In this document: positions 45,899-57,085 of the stretch, in pieces
Numbering within the stretch: position 1 is the stretch's first letter
Layout: every line of letters starts with the position of its first letter
Virus record (IMG/VR): IMGVR_UViG_3300033074_001783
Coordinates: 32,001-96,000 of that record
Source: a virus
Lineage: Duplodnaviria > Caudoviricetes
Length of the DNA: 64,000 nucleotides
Strand: one strand, 5' to 3'
Position numbers and translations under genes: made by a program
The notes under the pieces: generated by a model
What the model was told of the DNA's origin: nothing
The model's input: only the letters and a program-made list of their open reading frames with translations
Database searches by the model: none

Positions 45899-47611
45899 TT
45901 AATTCCTAGTTTGAACGTTGATTCTTACAATTTCTTGTTTTTGCAAATCAATGTTCAAAAGCTGTAACACATACGTATCTTCTACTCCTGTTTTGAGAAG
46001 TCCCAAGTCGCGTCCTTCCTTGTCGGTTAACGACAAAAATTCAGGATTAAAATAAACAGACATTTTAGTGTAACCTTCTGTTTTAAAGGTGTCAACAAAC
46101 GTGTCTTCGTTAAGAAACGCGTTGGGATAACTTTTTGGTGCTCCAGCTACAGATATCAGTTTTTGTGAAATGGTGTTTTTTGTTTTGTTGTATGCGATTT
46201 GAAGCTGCATGGAATAATTTGAAGAAATTCCATGTGCATCTATACAGCAGAGGGTATAAATGTAACTGGTATCTCTGGTGAATTCTTTGTCAAAAAAATA
46301 GCAAACTGGCGCCGCCACTTTCTGAACCAAGAATGGTTCCGGTGTTTCGTGATAAGGTGTTTTTATTTCGCTGTCATCAAAATCGTACATTGCTATCAGT
46401 TGATATGGCTCATAGATGTTTCTTCTTCTAAACACTTGAAATTGTTTTACATCTCTTTGTGAGTTTGGCGGAAGAGACCAAGTTAAACGGCTGCATTCTT
46501 TTTGGTGATCCCACACAATTTTAAAGTCAGATGGTGGTGGTGGGGCGACGTATTCAAAACATTCTACCACAACGGCAGGACTAGGAGTAGATGAAACCAA
46601 AAACCCAAGAATCAATTGCTGCTTCTCTTCTGTGTCTTGTGCGATTGTTTCAACATATGATACTGCTTTGATTTTGTAGGTATATTTTGCTCCGTATTTA
46701 ACCTGCTGATCTGCGACATAAGAAATGTTTGGGTTTTCAACATATATCGGAGGTAACGGGACAAGAGTTCCATCTACAATTTCCCATTTTTCAACAATGT
46801 AACCGACAGGCTGAATAATTGGATCATATGTTTGTGAATTGATTGCTTTAACGGTAATGTAATCTCTCACGATGGTTTCATAATCTTCTACTGAAAAAAC
46901 AGAAGAATCATGCGTTGTTTGTGACTGTTTTGAAACGATGAGTGCTTTGTCAAGCATGGAAGATGCTTCATCAGAAAACGGGGAAGAAGGATCTTGCTGT
47001 ACCTCGTTTAACATTTGATACAAAAATTTACTGTTTATTTTTGTATTAAGGCCAACTTGTTTCAATTCTGTTAAAAGAGAAACACCATTTGGATTGTCTG
47101 CAAACGAGACACCCAACGCATTTGGGTTGTTTAAACCATTGGCCAAGAACTCTGTTGTAACACCTTTGTGTGTGGAAGAGTTTACATTTCTGGCGTGCCC
47201 CAAAATAGAATCGTTATTTTGGTGGAGCCCGATGTTTGAGATTGCTTTTTGCACAAAAAAAGCAATCCTGCCATCTATCCCACTGTCTTGAAAAAAGATA
47301 TGAGAAAAAGCATCGGTAGAGAACTCTCGTTCGTCTATAATTTTTCCAGCATTAGCTTCAATGGAAATTTTATTGATCAAATCTGTTCTTTTGTTGTTGA
47401 CAATTGGTTTCCAAGTAAGCGCGATGTATCTTGGAGTTCTTCTGTTGTAATCAACAAAATTATTTGGAATCGTTTCTGAAACGGATATGTCTCCTTTGGT
47501 GTTGATTCTTTCGTCTTTGACAAAAAAATTATAACAGAATAAGGCATCTATTTTTTTCACATCTGGCAAATCAACAATAACAATTTTTTTGGATGGCAAA
47601 GAGGTTTCCAT
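45899..47611 (-). CDS. Virion structural protein with Fn3/Ig-like segments
   Basis: YTYKIKAV, PPPPSDF, LTW, FQVFRR, YIYTLC. Confidence 0.5.
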   Translation of the reverse strand: METSLPSKKIVIVDLPDVKKIDALFCYNFFVKDERINTKGDISVSETIPNNFVDYNRRTPRYIALTWKPIVNNKRTDLINKISIEANAGKIIDEREFSTDAFSHIFFQDSGIDGRIAFFVQKAISNIGLHQNNDSILGHARNVNSSTHKGVTTEFLANGLNNPNALGVSFADNPNGVSLLTELKQVGLNTKINSKFLYQMLNEVQQDPSSPFSDEASSMLDKALIVSKQSQTTHDSSVFSVEDYETIVRDYITVKAINSQTYDPIIQPVGYIVEKWEIVDGTLVPLPPIYVENPNISYVADQQVKYGAKYTYKIKAVSYVETIAQDTEEKQQLILGFLVSSTPSPAVVVECFEYVAPPPPSDFKIVWDHQKECSRLTWSLPPNSQRDVKQFQVFRRRNIYEPYQLIAMYDFDDSEIKTPYHETPEPFLVQKVAAPVCYFFDKEFTRDTSYIYTLCCIDAHGISSNYSMQLQIAYNKTKNTISQKLISVAGAPKSYPNAFLNEDTFVDTFKTEGYTKMSVYFNPEFLSLTDKEGRDLGLLKTGVEDTYVLQLLNIDLQKQEIVRINVQTRN

Positions 47612-50600
47612 TAGTTCACCGTTTCTACAGAGACAAATAGGTCATCAAAAACAAACGAGTCCTCATTGTCTCTTGAGATGTATTCTTGGTCTCCCACTCG
47701 TTTAATTCTCTTTTGTGTTCTTGAGTTTTCGTAACTTGTTGTACCTGCAAAAGTTTGTTTTGTTGTTTCAACATCTATTGGGAAATCGTCTACGTCAACA
47801 GGTATAATGAAAACTCTATCAAATAGTTTTTTACCAAGAATATTTTTGTTTAATGTTTTGTCAGAAAACAATCCACTTGACAAAGATATCAAATTCAATT
47901 CGTCAACGAGTTCTTTCGGTATAATGCCCGTGGTTGGAATGGGTGTGTTTTTCACAACAGCAAAATAGTTTTTCACCAAACGGTCAACCGCTGGATTTAT
48001 ATCTGTTTTTACCTGATCGTTTAGAACAAATGTTTCTTCTGCTGTTGGCAAACTTGCAGCCAACAGCAAATAAGAAGATAGCAAACCCGATTCAAAATGA
48101 TTTTTGAATAGCGATTCTTTTTCTGGTCTGCTTAAAGAATCGTATTTCTGATTTGTAAGCAAACTGTTTCTTGAAATTGTTCTGGCAGTTCCATCAGAAA
48201 AATCAAACAAGGAAACAGCATCCAACACCCTTGAATAAGAAGTGTTTAAAGTGATGTCAAAACCTGTTGGTTGATTGTAAAACAAAGACATATCAAACAG
48301 GAATTTTTGTGGTTTGAACACAACGTCATCAAATTCCATCATTTTTTTGTTTACAACAATTTTGAAGGTGTCCAAATCATTTTTTGAAAATGTTTGGTTG
48401 TTGATTTTGTTGCGTTTTGCACGATTGGTGAGATTGTCAATAAAACCAGTTGGAATGCCAACAACCAACAACTTGACTCTCTGGTTTTTGTATGGATTCT
48501 CTTTGGTCAAAGACAAAATCAAATTGCGCTCATTGGTTGAGACTAGTTTGGTGCCACTAAAACCTGTTTTTGGGGTTTTGGTAAAAATATAGTTTGCCAA
48601 TTTCAACTGGCCCAATGGAACTTGAGTTGGTGCTCTCTCTTGTGCTTTTTCTAATGAGAAATAAACGCTTGCCCTACGAGATGCTTGTGTGATTCGTGTG
48701 CTTAAAACTGACAATATATGCATAACATTTTGCACATATATTTCTTCCTTTTCAAGTTTTTCAAAAATGTTGTTTAAGACAACCTCAAGAACGCTGCTGG
48801 CAGTTGTTTTTGTAGTTTGTTGATTCAACTGTTTGGCACCAACTGGCAACGGAGTTGAACTGGTGCTTCCGGTTGGTGGTTTGTGCAAAGAAAATTGATT
48901 GAAAATCATCTTTGTGTTGTGGTTGGCAACCACATTGACTTCTACATTGAATGATAAAATTTGATTGTTTTTTACAAAATCTACAAAAACATATCTTTTT
49001 GATATTGCTCCAAAGAGTTCATACAACATCGCGACCAAGTAAGATGAACTCAAATAATTGAATTTTGTCCTACCGCTGTTGTCTTCCAGTAGATAAGAAA
49101 ATTCGTCTCCATTCAACATCGCTTCTTGATCAACATCATTGCAAAAATTGATAAATTCTTTGAAAATTGAATTTCTAACAGAACCAACAGATAGCATTAG
49201 TATTCTTGAAATGGCCCCTCTTTCCACAAGAATGGTGGTTTTGTCTGGATCGGAATTTGATTGTGGTACGATTCCAAACGACGCAACAGACACTCTGGCA
49301 TCTGGGTTCATTATAGCAAAAACGCGGGCTTCTATTTCTTCAGAACAGGAATTTATTTTTCTTTGCAGAGAAGATAGGTTTGGCAGAAGAGTTTTGTCGT
49401 TTTGTTCATTTAATGCTCTTGTGAATATTGGTTTTGTGTCATTTGATGCTGCTCCTAATAAAAGTAAAAATTTCAACAGCAGCATTCTGAGTTGCTTGTC
49501 TGTAGAACTCAACCTAAACAAAGCAAATCCAACAGCATCTTCAATTTGAACTGTACGCTTATTGGAAAGATTTTCCAGCAAAGTTGCCCAAGCTGTCAAA
49601 GCGTTTTTTAGAATGCTTGCAGGACTGTTTGAATAATTCTCAAATTCAAACAATTCTCTTAAAACAAGATTAACATCACCAATTGATGTTGCAAATTTGT
49701 TTGCATAGTCAATGAACGGCTGAACGTTGAAATCCCCGTTATTTGTCAGATTTACAATGGAATCAACATAATAACGAACGCCGGGAATAAACGTAGACTG
49801 GTTGTCGTCTATGAATTTACTCTCAAACGGTAACACGAAATTATTTTCATTCAATTTGGAATAAAATAGACTTGACAGAGATCTTGTCCCAAGTGGAGCA
49901 TCAAAAATTGTGTCCCCCGGCAAACCAATCATGTTGTCAAAAGGATTTCCATCTCTTGTGGCTAAAAAAGTGTCTGTTAGTTTTCTTTTTACAACTGGTT
50001 TCGCCAAACCTTTTGAGACTCGCAACTCTTTGGATAAAGAATGAACCAAAAGTTTCAAACGATCATCTGGATTTTGTGGCAGCGCAGCGACGAAAGAAGA
50101 AAATTCTTTTTGTTCAAGAATGTTTCTTGGGGTGTTTGTTGACCGAAAACTTTCAATTGTAAAATTACGCGTAATGGTTTTGTCAAGTGTTGTTGGATTC
50201 TTGTCTTCTGATCTATCTTGGTCTGTTGTGTCAAACAGACCAAGAGAGTAACTTTCCAACGATTGTCTGAAATCAAACAGCATTTGTTGTAAGATTTTTG
50301 TTTCGGAGAACGTGTAAAACAAAGAAGGTTGGTACTGCATACCTCTTTCAAAAAATGACCGAGGTGTCATGAACCGAGAAGTGTCAAACATGGTGTCTGG
50401 AATCGTTTTCACATCAAACGATTTGGCAATCTCAGTGAGTTCTACAAAATCTGCGGTTTGACCAACCAGCGAAGATTCAATAACGCCCAATCTTCTTGTG
50501 TAGTCAATCTGAACATTCTGCAATTCTTGGGCAAGGGTAGAGGAACCCGTTATAGCCGAGTACATCCCTGCAAGTGTATCGGCGCGCAGTAGTCTTGATT

Positions 50601-50979
50601 GATATTCCACGTCTAGCAATTTGCCAAATTTGGTTAGTTCATAACCCGTTCTATCCAACGGTTTCTCATAATCAGACAACATGATTATTTCTGGCCTATA
50701 AGAAGAAACCCCGTTTCTAGGGACGGGAGTATATCTGTTGTTTACAACGAAATTTTCTGACAGGGTAAGCGTGTCTGAATGATACGTTTTTGGAGTAGGG
50801 GAAGTGAATGGGATGTACGACAACACCATTGGTCCATTACTTCTTGACATTGTTGGCACAGAAGAATCAACACTTCCAACGCCTGACGCAGTTGGAGGAA
50901 TGGCCCTCGTTGACAATCCTCCAACGTTAACTGTTTTGTTGTTCCTTGTTGTAGGACCAAAATTGATTACACCACCCAT
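47611..50979 (-). CDS. Large hypothetical virion protein
   Basis: 1122-aa ORF, translationally coupled within the tail/baseplate block. Confidence 0.55.
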   Translation of the reverse strand: MGGVINFGPTTRNNKTVNVGGLSTRAIPPTASGVGSVDSSVPTMSRSNGPMVLSYIPFTSPTPKTYHSDTLTLSENFVVNNRYTPVPRNGVSSYRPEIIMLSDYEKPLDRTGYELTKFGKLLDVEYQSRLLRADTLAGMYSAITGSSTLAQELQNVQIDYTRRLGVIESSLVGQTADFVELTEIAKSFDVKTIPDTMFDTSRFMTPRSFFERGMQYQPSLFYTFSETKILQQMLFDFRQSLESYSLGLFDTTDQDRSEDKNPTTLDKTITRNFTIESFRSTNTPRNILEQKEFSSFVAALPQNPDDRLKLLVHSLSKELRVSKGLAKPVVKRKLTDTFLATRDGNPFDNMIGLPGDTIFDAPLGTRSLSSLFYSKLNENNFVLPFESKFIDDNQSTFIPGVRYYVDSIVNLTNNGDFNVQPFIDYANKFATSIGDVNLVLRELFEFENYSNSPASILKNALTAWATLLENLSNKRTVQIEDAVGFALFRLSSTDKQLRMLLLKFLLLLGAASNDTKPIFTRALNEQNDKTLLPNLSSLQRKINSCSEEIEARVFAIMNPDARVSVASFGIVPQSNSDPDKTTILVERGAISRILMLSVGSVRNSIFKEFINFCNDVDQEAMLNGDEFSYLLEDNSGRTKFNYLSSSYLVAMLYELFGAISKRYVFVDFVKNNQILSFNVEVNVVANHNTKMIFNQFSLHKPPTGSTSSTPLPVGAKQLNQQTTKTTASSVLEVVLNNIFEKLEKEEIYVQNVMHILSVLSTRITQASRRASVYFSLEKAQERAPTQVPLGQLKLANYIFTKTPKTGFSGTKLVSTNERNLILSLTKENPYKNQRVKLLVVGIPTGFIDNLTNRAKRNKINNQTFSKNDLDTFKIVVNKKMMEFDDVVFKPQKFLFDMSLFYNQPTGFDITLNTSYSRVLDAVSLFDFSDGTARTISRNSLLTNQKYDSLSRPEKESLFKNHFESGLLSSYLLLAASLPTAEETFVLNDQVKTDINPAVDRLVKNYFAVVKNTPIPTTGIIPKELVDELNLISLSSGLFSDKTLNKNILGKKLFDRVFIIPVDVDDFPIDVETTKQTFAGTTSYENSRTQKRIKRVGDQEYISRDNEDSFVFDDLFVSVETVN

Positions 50980-53297
50980 TAGATTTGTACCCTGTTAGTT
51001 GTTGTTTCTTTGCCGCGAGAAAAATCATAAAACACAGGGGTTATTTGATACAACAAAGACCCGCGCTCCCCTGAGTCCAGCACATCTACAAACTGGAACA
51101 AGCCAGAATCAGAAATGTTATGGCATTTCCCAACTATTGATTTGTTACCAAGATAGATCATTGAAATAAGATAATGATCTATCTTGTTTGTATTGCCGTG
51201 TGTACGCCATTGAATTTTTACCAGTTTTTTATTTAACAACGAAGCAGATGCTTTCAAGACATTTGGCAAACTCTCTTTAAAAGACGCATCTACAGAAATG
51301 ATTTTTCCGACAGTGCCAAAAGTGTATTCGTTTTGAGCGTGGTTTGCTTTTATTGAAGCTGCATTCCCAATGTTCCCATACAGAGAAACTATTGGATGTT
51401 TCCATTTCGCAGGGGAAAACGAATAAGACAAATTTGGGTTTATTGTGTTTGTTACCGTTTGAACATAGTTGCTCAAGGAGGTGGTAATTGGTGTGAAAAA
51501 CGTAGTGATGGTATAACGATATTCGCAACCAAGCATCAACGGTTTTACGTTTCTAAGTTCTCTCAACTCGGCATCTGAAAACAAATCGTTTGTTAGAAGA
51601 CCAAATTCTTCTTGTTCGCCTGTTGTGAGATTTGTCCTTGTTACTCTGTGGGCTACTAAATTTTGCAAATTTTCCTTAGATACGTCTCCTCCAAAAAGGT
51701 TGGCCAAACCAAGCCTGTCAATTTCGTTTTTGATTCTGGTTTCATTGGTTTCTTTGAACGAAAACGAAACTTTAAAACGAACATCCATTACGTCATCTGA
51801 CGATATCACTTGGAAATTGTCGTAAGAAACCTCAACAAGACTGCTTGTCTCGGGCGAATGTTGATAAACAATTGTAGCCGCTTCATGCGTCAAGTTGTTT
51901 TTTGACAATAGTTCACAAGAGTAAAAATACGTTTTGTTTTTTGTGACACTTGTATCTGTAAATGTTATGGAATTTGTTTGCAGGCCACCAAGGCGTCTGG
52001 GTGTTTCAACCAAAGTTTTCTTTTGTCCCGGCGTTTTTCTATAAATTGCAACCGAAAGAAACCCCGCTGGTATTTCAGTTATTTCCAATTTAACACTTGT
52101 GGAATCGCCGGTTGCCACAAGAGCAACTCTTGGTTTAAGAGAGTGTTTGTTTGCTCTGCAAACAACACCAGAAAACTCAGAAGCAAGTACGCCATTTTCG
52201 CCATATGGAATCACGCGATAAATGGCGGGGTTATAATTTGATGTTGTGTCGGTAAATTTTTGTTCGCCATTGCGTGTGACAAGTGGAAAATCGGCCACAA
52301 ACGAATAGGTGGCATCTTTCTGAAATTGATTGACATTCAATAATCTTTTCAATATTTTCACACCCACAGCATTTGGATCAACTTGTTTGATAAACAAAGT
52401 GTTCTTCATTTCTTTGTTGCAAACAAGTGTTTTTACCACAGGCGCCAAAACTGGTGTTTTCAAAACAGCAACATTTTTTGCGTGCTCAATGGTTCCTGTT
52501 ATGGTTTCAATGACAACCCCATTGTTGTTGTACAAATTTATAACAACAAACACTTCTGGTGTTTTCACAGCGGTAATATCCAGCAGGATTGTTTCATTCA
52601 TTGTATAGTAATTGGAAGTTGCCGTTGTTTGAATTGGCACTATATCTTCTTGATTTAAAGCAGTTGTTGCAGAAGAGATAAAAGCATTTTGTGAAACTGT
52701 TGTTGGCTGATAAACGCCTGCCATCAAACTTCCAACAGTTGCATTTGTTCTGTTTCTTGTTCCAAGAACAGAAGGATCTTGGTGTTTTTCGTGAATCAAA
52801 TCAAAAGACAACTCTTGTGCCGACAAAACACTTGATACTTCAGACGGTTTTGCAACACTGTAAACTGGAACAGAAAGACCTTGTGCGCTTAGATCTTTCA
52901 GCCGAGCCAAGGAGATAGTACGTGTTGTTTTTGCTTCGGCTACGCCACGATAAAGTGCAGATACTTTATCGTTTGGGATGACAGAAGTTATGTCAGAAAT
53001 CTTTTCGGCAATCTGCGGATTCTCTTGGGAGGCAGCTAGGCTTTTTGAAATGGCACTTCTTTGTTGGATTTCTTGAATCGTTGCAGAAGTTGGATTCACA
53101 GAAGTTTTCACAGAAGTTTTTGTTGGTTTGGAATAAACAACTATCTTGGCTGTTGTGGCTTTGTTTTGCAATGCCCTTGAAACGTCTACCAAATATTTGA
53201 TTTCGTAAACATATTTGTTGTTCATGATTTTTTGTAGGAACGAAAAATCATCTGGCAACACAATTATTTCTTTTTCTTTTTTAAGAGTTATTTTCAT
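50979..53297 (-). CDS. Virion structural protein with Fn3/Ig-like repeats
   Basis: Repeated F.D.....Y.Y patterns (FTDT..IYRV, FTDTSV..YFYS, EYRY, FVD..LYQI). Confidence 0.5.
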   Translation of the reverse strand: MKITLKKEKEIIVLPDDFSFLQKIMNNKYVYEIKYLVDVSRALQNKATTAKIVVYSKPTKTSVKTSVNPTSATIQEIQQRSAISKSLAASQENPQIAEKISDITSVIPNDKVSALYRGVAEAKTTRTISLARLKDLSAQGLSVPVYSVAKPSEVSSVLSAQELSFDLIHEKHQDPSVLGTRNRTNATVGSLMAGVYQPTTVSQNAFISSATTALNQEDIVPIQTTATSNYYTMNETILLDITAVKTPEVFVVINLYNNNGVVIETITGTIEHAKNVAVLKTPVLAPVVKTLVCNKEMKNTLFIKQVDPNAVGVKILKRLLNVNQFQKDATYSFVADFPLVTRNGEQKFTDTTSNYNPAIYRVIPYGENGVLASEFSGVVCRANKHSLKPRVALVATGDSTSVKLEITEIPAGFLSVAIYRKTPGQKKTLVETPRRLGGLQTNSITFTDTSVTKNKTYFYSCELLSKNNLTHEAATIVYQHSPETSSLVEVSYDNFQVISSDDVMDVRFKVSFSFKETNETRIKNEIDRLGLANLFGGDVSKENLQNLVAHRVTRTNLTTGEQEEFGLLTNDLFSDAELRELRNVKPLMLGCEYRYTITTFFTPITTSLSNYVQTVTNTINPNLSYSFSPAKWKHPIVSLYGNIGNAASIKANHAQNEYTFGTVGKIISVDASFKESLPNVLKASASLLNKKLVKIQWRTHGNTNKIDHYLISMIYLGNKSIVGKCHNISDSGLFQFVDVLDSGERGSLLYQITPVFYDFSRGKETTTNRVQI

Positions 53298-54295
53298 GAC
53301 CACACCAAAGTAAACAGGTTCACAAAAGTATCAGAATTGTTACTGTCTCTGAATAGTTTGCCAACAAAGAATACGTGTTTGGTAGCAGCCGTCATGCCTC
53401 TGTCTTCTGCCCTTTGCTTGTCCTCTTCTGTGAAAGCATTGTTGTTTACCGAAAATGTACCAAAATCTATCACGTCCAATTTTGTCATCTGAGACCCTGC
53501 ACACTCAAAAATTTGTCCAACAATTCTGTTGGTTTTAGATGTTTCTGTAAACAAAACATCTTGTTTGAAACCTTGCCGGTGCAACGATTCAAGCTCAGGA
53601 GTCAAATCAGAAAATTCAAAAATTGGACGTTGGTTTATTTGGACAAAAGACCCCAACGAAGTTGTTTCCGTTGTACCTTGTCTTGGTTTGTTTACTGGTG
53701 GTAAAAATTGATAATTTGGAATATGCGACAATCTTTTGTCGGCAAACAAACTTTCAACCATGTCAACATTTGCCGATTTGGCTTCTGTACTCGGAATGGG
53801 CCGTTCATCCGTTATGGTGTAGGTGATTTGTTTTGGGGAGAGATCAAATGTTCTTTCTTCTTCAAGAAAAGGTGCAAGCAAATATAAGTTTTTGAAATTG
53901 TCAACAGATGAACTTAGAACCGTGTTGGTGGCGTTAAAAAATTCTGTTGAATCTGTTATTTGAGTTTTTGTTCCACCGAATGAACCAGAAAAAAATTGCC
54001 CGTTCAACACGCAAACAGAACTACCATTGAGAAATTTCAATTCACGTACCAGCAGTTTCCCACTGTCATCTATTTCTTGAACAATTCTGTCTTGTGGTAA
54101 ATTGCTGGCCTCCAAAATTGGCCTCGCGGCGAAATCTTTGGAACCGCTTGCGAACGTATCTGTTATATCATAAAAAGCTGCTGAATCTGTGAATGAATAA
54201 AAAACAGATTTCAATTTACCACTGGCTAGTTGGTTTTTACCTTCTTGTGTCAAGATGGTGTCAAAGATTCGTGTCTTCGGATCTAGAAAACTCAT
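53294..54295 (-). CDS. Baseplate structural protein
   Basis: N-terminus MSFLD...DTILTQEGKNQLA resembles that of 45174-45887; likely start ATG 54295. Confidence 0.5.
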   Translation of the reverse strand: MSFLDPKTRIFDTILTQEGKNQLASGKLKSVFYSFTDSAAFYDITDTFASGSKDFAARPILEASNLPQDRIVQEIDDSGKLLVRELKFLNGSSVCVLNGQFFSGSFGGTKTQITDSTEFFNATNTVLSSSVDNFKNLYLLAPFLEEERTFDLSPKQITYTITDERPIPSTEAKSANVDMVESLFADKRLSHIPNYQFLPPVNKPRQGTTETTSLGSFVQINQRPIFEFSDLTPELESLHRQGFKQDVLFTETSKTNRIVGQIFECAGSQMTKLDVIDFGTFSVNNNAFTEEDKQRAEDRGMTAATKHVFFVGKLFRDSNNSDTFVNLFTLVWS

Positions 54296-54306
54296 GCAGA
54301 TATGTA

Positions 54307-55431
54307 TCAAACATCTACAAAGGGTTGGCCAGATCTCATCTCGTTATCAAATTGTCCAAGATCGTTTGGGTTCAGAGAAGATGGATTGCTTGCCGTAAGC
54401 CACGCCTGCGTGCCAGAAACGAATTGTACCGAAATTGGTATATCAAAAGCGTTGGTTGTTTGGTTGAGTGTTTTGGTATAAATCCTCGGCTCCAACATAT
54501 CTCTCAGTTGACCAAATTTGCCTATTCTGTAGATCGCTTTTGGTGAAGTTGGTATACCGTTATAAATTCCATATTTCCATCCTTGAATTACGGCACCGTA
54601 CGAGTATTTGTACTCTGTCAATGAACCCGTTATGTCGGCCACACAAAAACTTGCGCCAAATCCAAAAAACCCTTTTAACAAATCATTTCTATCTGTTCCC
54701 GCAAGAGATGCGGTGGTTGTTGTTGTTGGGTGTGCAAGACTTTGTGCAACAGTTGGATAAAATTTTGGATTATAGTATCCGCTTATTTTAAACAAAGAAT
54801 CATTGGAGCCATCCGAGTAACACAAAATGTATTTTGTAGAAGAAGTGATTTCTGTGGCAGGCGAAAAATACAAAGTATCAGAAGGCATGTTGTCCTCATA
54901 GGTTGAAACACCTACAAGGTTTTCTGTGTTGATTATTCTTGGTATTCCGCTGTATCTTTGCATAAAAGGATACTGACACGGCCAGACATTATCGGCAATT
55001 GGATGCCCGTCGGATCCAGTTAATTGACCGTTTGTTGTCAAGATAATTTTCAAAAGAGGCGCTTCTAATCCACTAGAAGCAGACGGAAACAATGCTGGAA
55101 TAGAATACTTCCAAGATTTGTCATCCCATTTTGCCGCTACGAGTTTACCAGAATTCAATAAATAAATTCCAAGAAAAGAAGGCATAATTGAATCATAAAT
55201 GATTTTTGATTGGTTAATGAATCCTATTCCTCTCAAAGAGGAAGACCTGTAACCCGGATTTAGCAGCTTCACATAGTATTGTGACAACCCGACTTCTCCA
55301 AGATGTTCCGTGCTGCCCGATATTGCACTTCCAACCAGCCCTCTTGAACCATTCGGCAACATGGAACCAGAAATGAGTTTGTCTGTGTAAGAAAGGTAAT
55401 AACTTTCTTTTGGTTCTACTTCAAATTCCAT
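54307..55431 (-). CDS. Hypothetical virion protein
   Basis: 374 aa, Ser/Gly-rich, in the baseplate block. Confidence 0.5.
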   Translation of the reverse strand: MEFEVEPKESYYLSYTDKLISGSMLPNGSRGLVGSAISGSTEHLGEVGLSQYYVKLLNPGYRSSSLRGIGFINQSKIIYDSIMPSFLGIYLLNSGKLVAAKWDDKSWKYSIPALFPSASSGLEAPLLKIILTTNGQLTGSDGHPIADNVWPCQYPFMQRYSGIPRIINTENLVGVSTYEDNMPSDTLYFSPATEITSSTKYILCYSDGSNDSLFKISGYYNPKFYPTVAQSLAHPTTTTTASLAGTDRNDLLKGFFGFGASFCVADITGSLTEYKYSYGAVIQGWKYGIYNGIPTSPKAIYRIGKFGQLRDMLEPRIYTKTLNQTTNAFDIPISVQFVSGTQAWLTASNPSSLNPNDLGQFDNEMRSGQPFVDV

Positions 55432-57082
55432 AATTTTCCACCGTTACAACATCTGTTGGGCAAGACTGTTCAAATGATTCATGAAACTCTTTGTTGTCTC
55501 TCAACAAAGAACCGTAAAAAATAATTTTGTGAACCCCGTTCATGCTTGCGGTCAAAGCAGGACCAGCACCCGGATACATTGGAAGATCTGAAGAATTTTC
55601 ATTGAAAGTGAGATATGAATACGGCAATTGCCAACCAAAAATGAGTTTGTCTGTTGGCAACAACAAATAAGGATTTACTTTGCTGTAGCTTTTATTTATT
55701 TGCCTTGTAATTGGGCTTGTCCAGAAACTGCTAAATCGTGCGTTTCCAACCACAGTTGGAGATGTGTCAGGATTCAAAAAACTACGACCATTGTCACCAA
55801 TAAGATTTCTACCAGAAACATTGAAACTTTCAGCATATTCGGCAGTTTTTTGATTGACATCAGATGTGACATTGATAATGCAGTTATATCCTTGGTCATA
55901 TTTGATAGCACTTTTCACAGCGCCAGAAACCACAAATTGTTTTGAAAATTCAGACCTTAACGGAGCCGAACCAAACAACGAGTTATAAGTCGCTTCTCTT
56001 CTTAACCCTTCATCATAAACTGGCTCCCCTGAATTAGCATTTTTACTAATCTGCATCCAAGTCACCAAATCTCTTGTGCTGTGTAAGTTGTGACTAGACG
56101 ACACCAGCGGTATCAGGGAAACACTTGCTGAGTTGTACGTCAAAGAAATGTCCAAATTGTTTATTTGGGCGCCACGTTGGTTGAGGATAAAAAAAGTTGA
56201 AATGCAAGCGTAGGACCCAATGTAAGTGTGGTTGTTGAGGGCACCACTGAAATATAGTACAACTTTTTCCAGTAGAAATGGCTCAGAAATATATCTGTTC
56301 ATTGGTATCAGACAAGAAGAGGTTGCTTCATATTTTTCCGAGGATGGAAATCCAAAATTGCTTATTGGGTTGCAAACAAGATAAGACGCACTAACGATTG
56401 TTGAAGAAACGGTTCCTTCGTCAAGAACCGCACCAAAACCAATGGCTTTCTCGGATAAAAAGTGCAACAACCCTGCTTCATTTCTTTCTGAAATGTATGT
56501 GGAAAACTCTTTTCCACTGCCAACTCCCTCATATCTTCTTGTGTCTTTATTCCAGTAAGACATTAAATAATTTGAAGATCCGCTTGTGTAATTTTGTATT
56601 CCAAATGCGCTATCGTTTACAGGAGTGATGTCAATTTCAAATTTGGTTTTGCTCCAGAGAGGAGTTTCAAACCCTTCTCCCACCAAAGAAACTTCGCTGC
56701 CGGTAAGATAAAATTGCTCTCTGGTTGAAATGGCATCAGAGGCAGGGTTGCAATGATCATCAAACGGCTCAAAAGAAGAACTGCTTGGTGTAACTGGAAT
56801 GAGAAATTTGTCTGCTATTCCTCTTTGCACAACTCCTGTTGTTGAAATCCCTGTTGTTAGTTCTGAAGTGAGATATTGAGATCCTACCGGCAAACAAGAT
56901 GGTATGTTGATTGAAGTGGTTAGTTGTAAGTCCAAAACAGAAGAATCGTTGAAAACCAACACCTGTTCTCCCATTTTGTTAACTCTTTTAACAACCTCCA
57001 CGGGTCTCCATTGATTAGCCAATTGTGTTTGCAATCTTGGTGGCAAATATTTAGCTCTACTGCCTTTTTCTGTCCTTGGCAC
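55421..57082 (-). CDS. Hypothetical virion protein
   Basis: 553 aa, Ser-rich, in the baseplate block. Confidence 0.5.
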   Translation of the reverse strand: MPRTEKGSRAKYLPPRLQTQLANQWRPVEVVKRVNKMGEQVLVFNDSSVLDLQLTTSINIPSCLPVGSQYLTSELTTGISTTGVVQRGIADKFLIPVTPSSSSFEPFDDHCNPASDAISTREQFYLTGSEVSLVGEGFETPLWSKTKFEIDITPVNDSAFGIQNYTSGSSNYLMSYWNKDTRRYEGVGSGKEFSTYISERNEAGLLHFLSEKAIGFGAVLDEGTVSSTIVSASYLVCNPISNFGFPSSEKYEATSSCLIPMNRYISEPFLLEKVVLYFSGALNNHTYIGSYACISTFFILNQRGAQINNLDISLTYNSASVSLIPLVSSSHNLHSTRDLVTWMQISKNANSGEPVYDEGLRREATYNSLFGSAPLRSEFSKQFVVSGAVKSAIKYDQGYNCIINVTSDVNQKTAEYAESFNVSGRNLIGDNGRSFLNPDTSPTVVGNARFSSFWTSPITRQINKSYSKVNPYLLLPTDKLIFGWQLPYSYLTFNENSSDLPMYPGAGPALTASMNGVHKIIFYGSLLRDNKEFHESFEQSCPTDVVTVENYGI

Positions 57083-57085
57083 TGG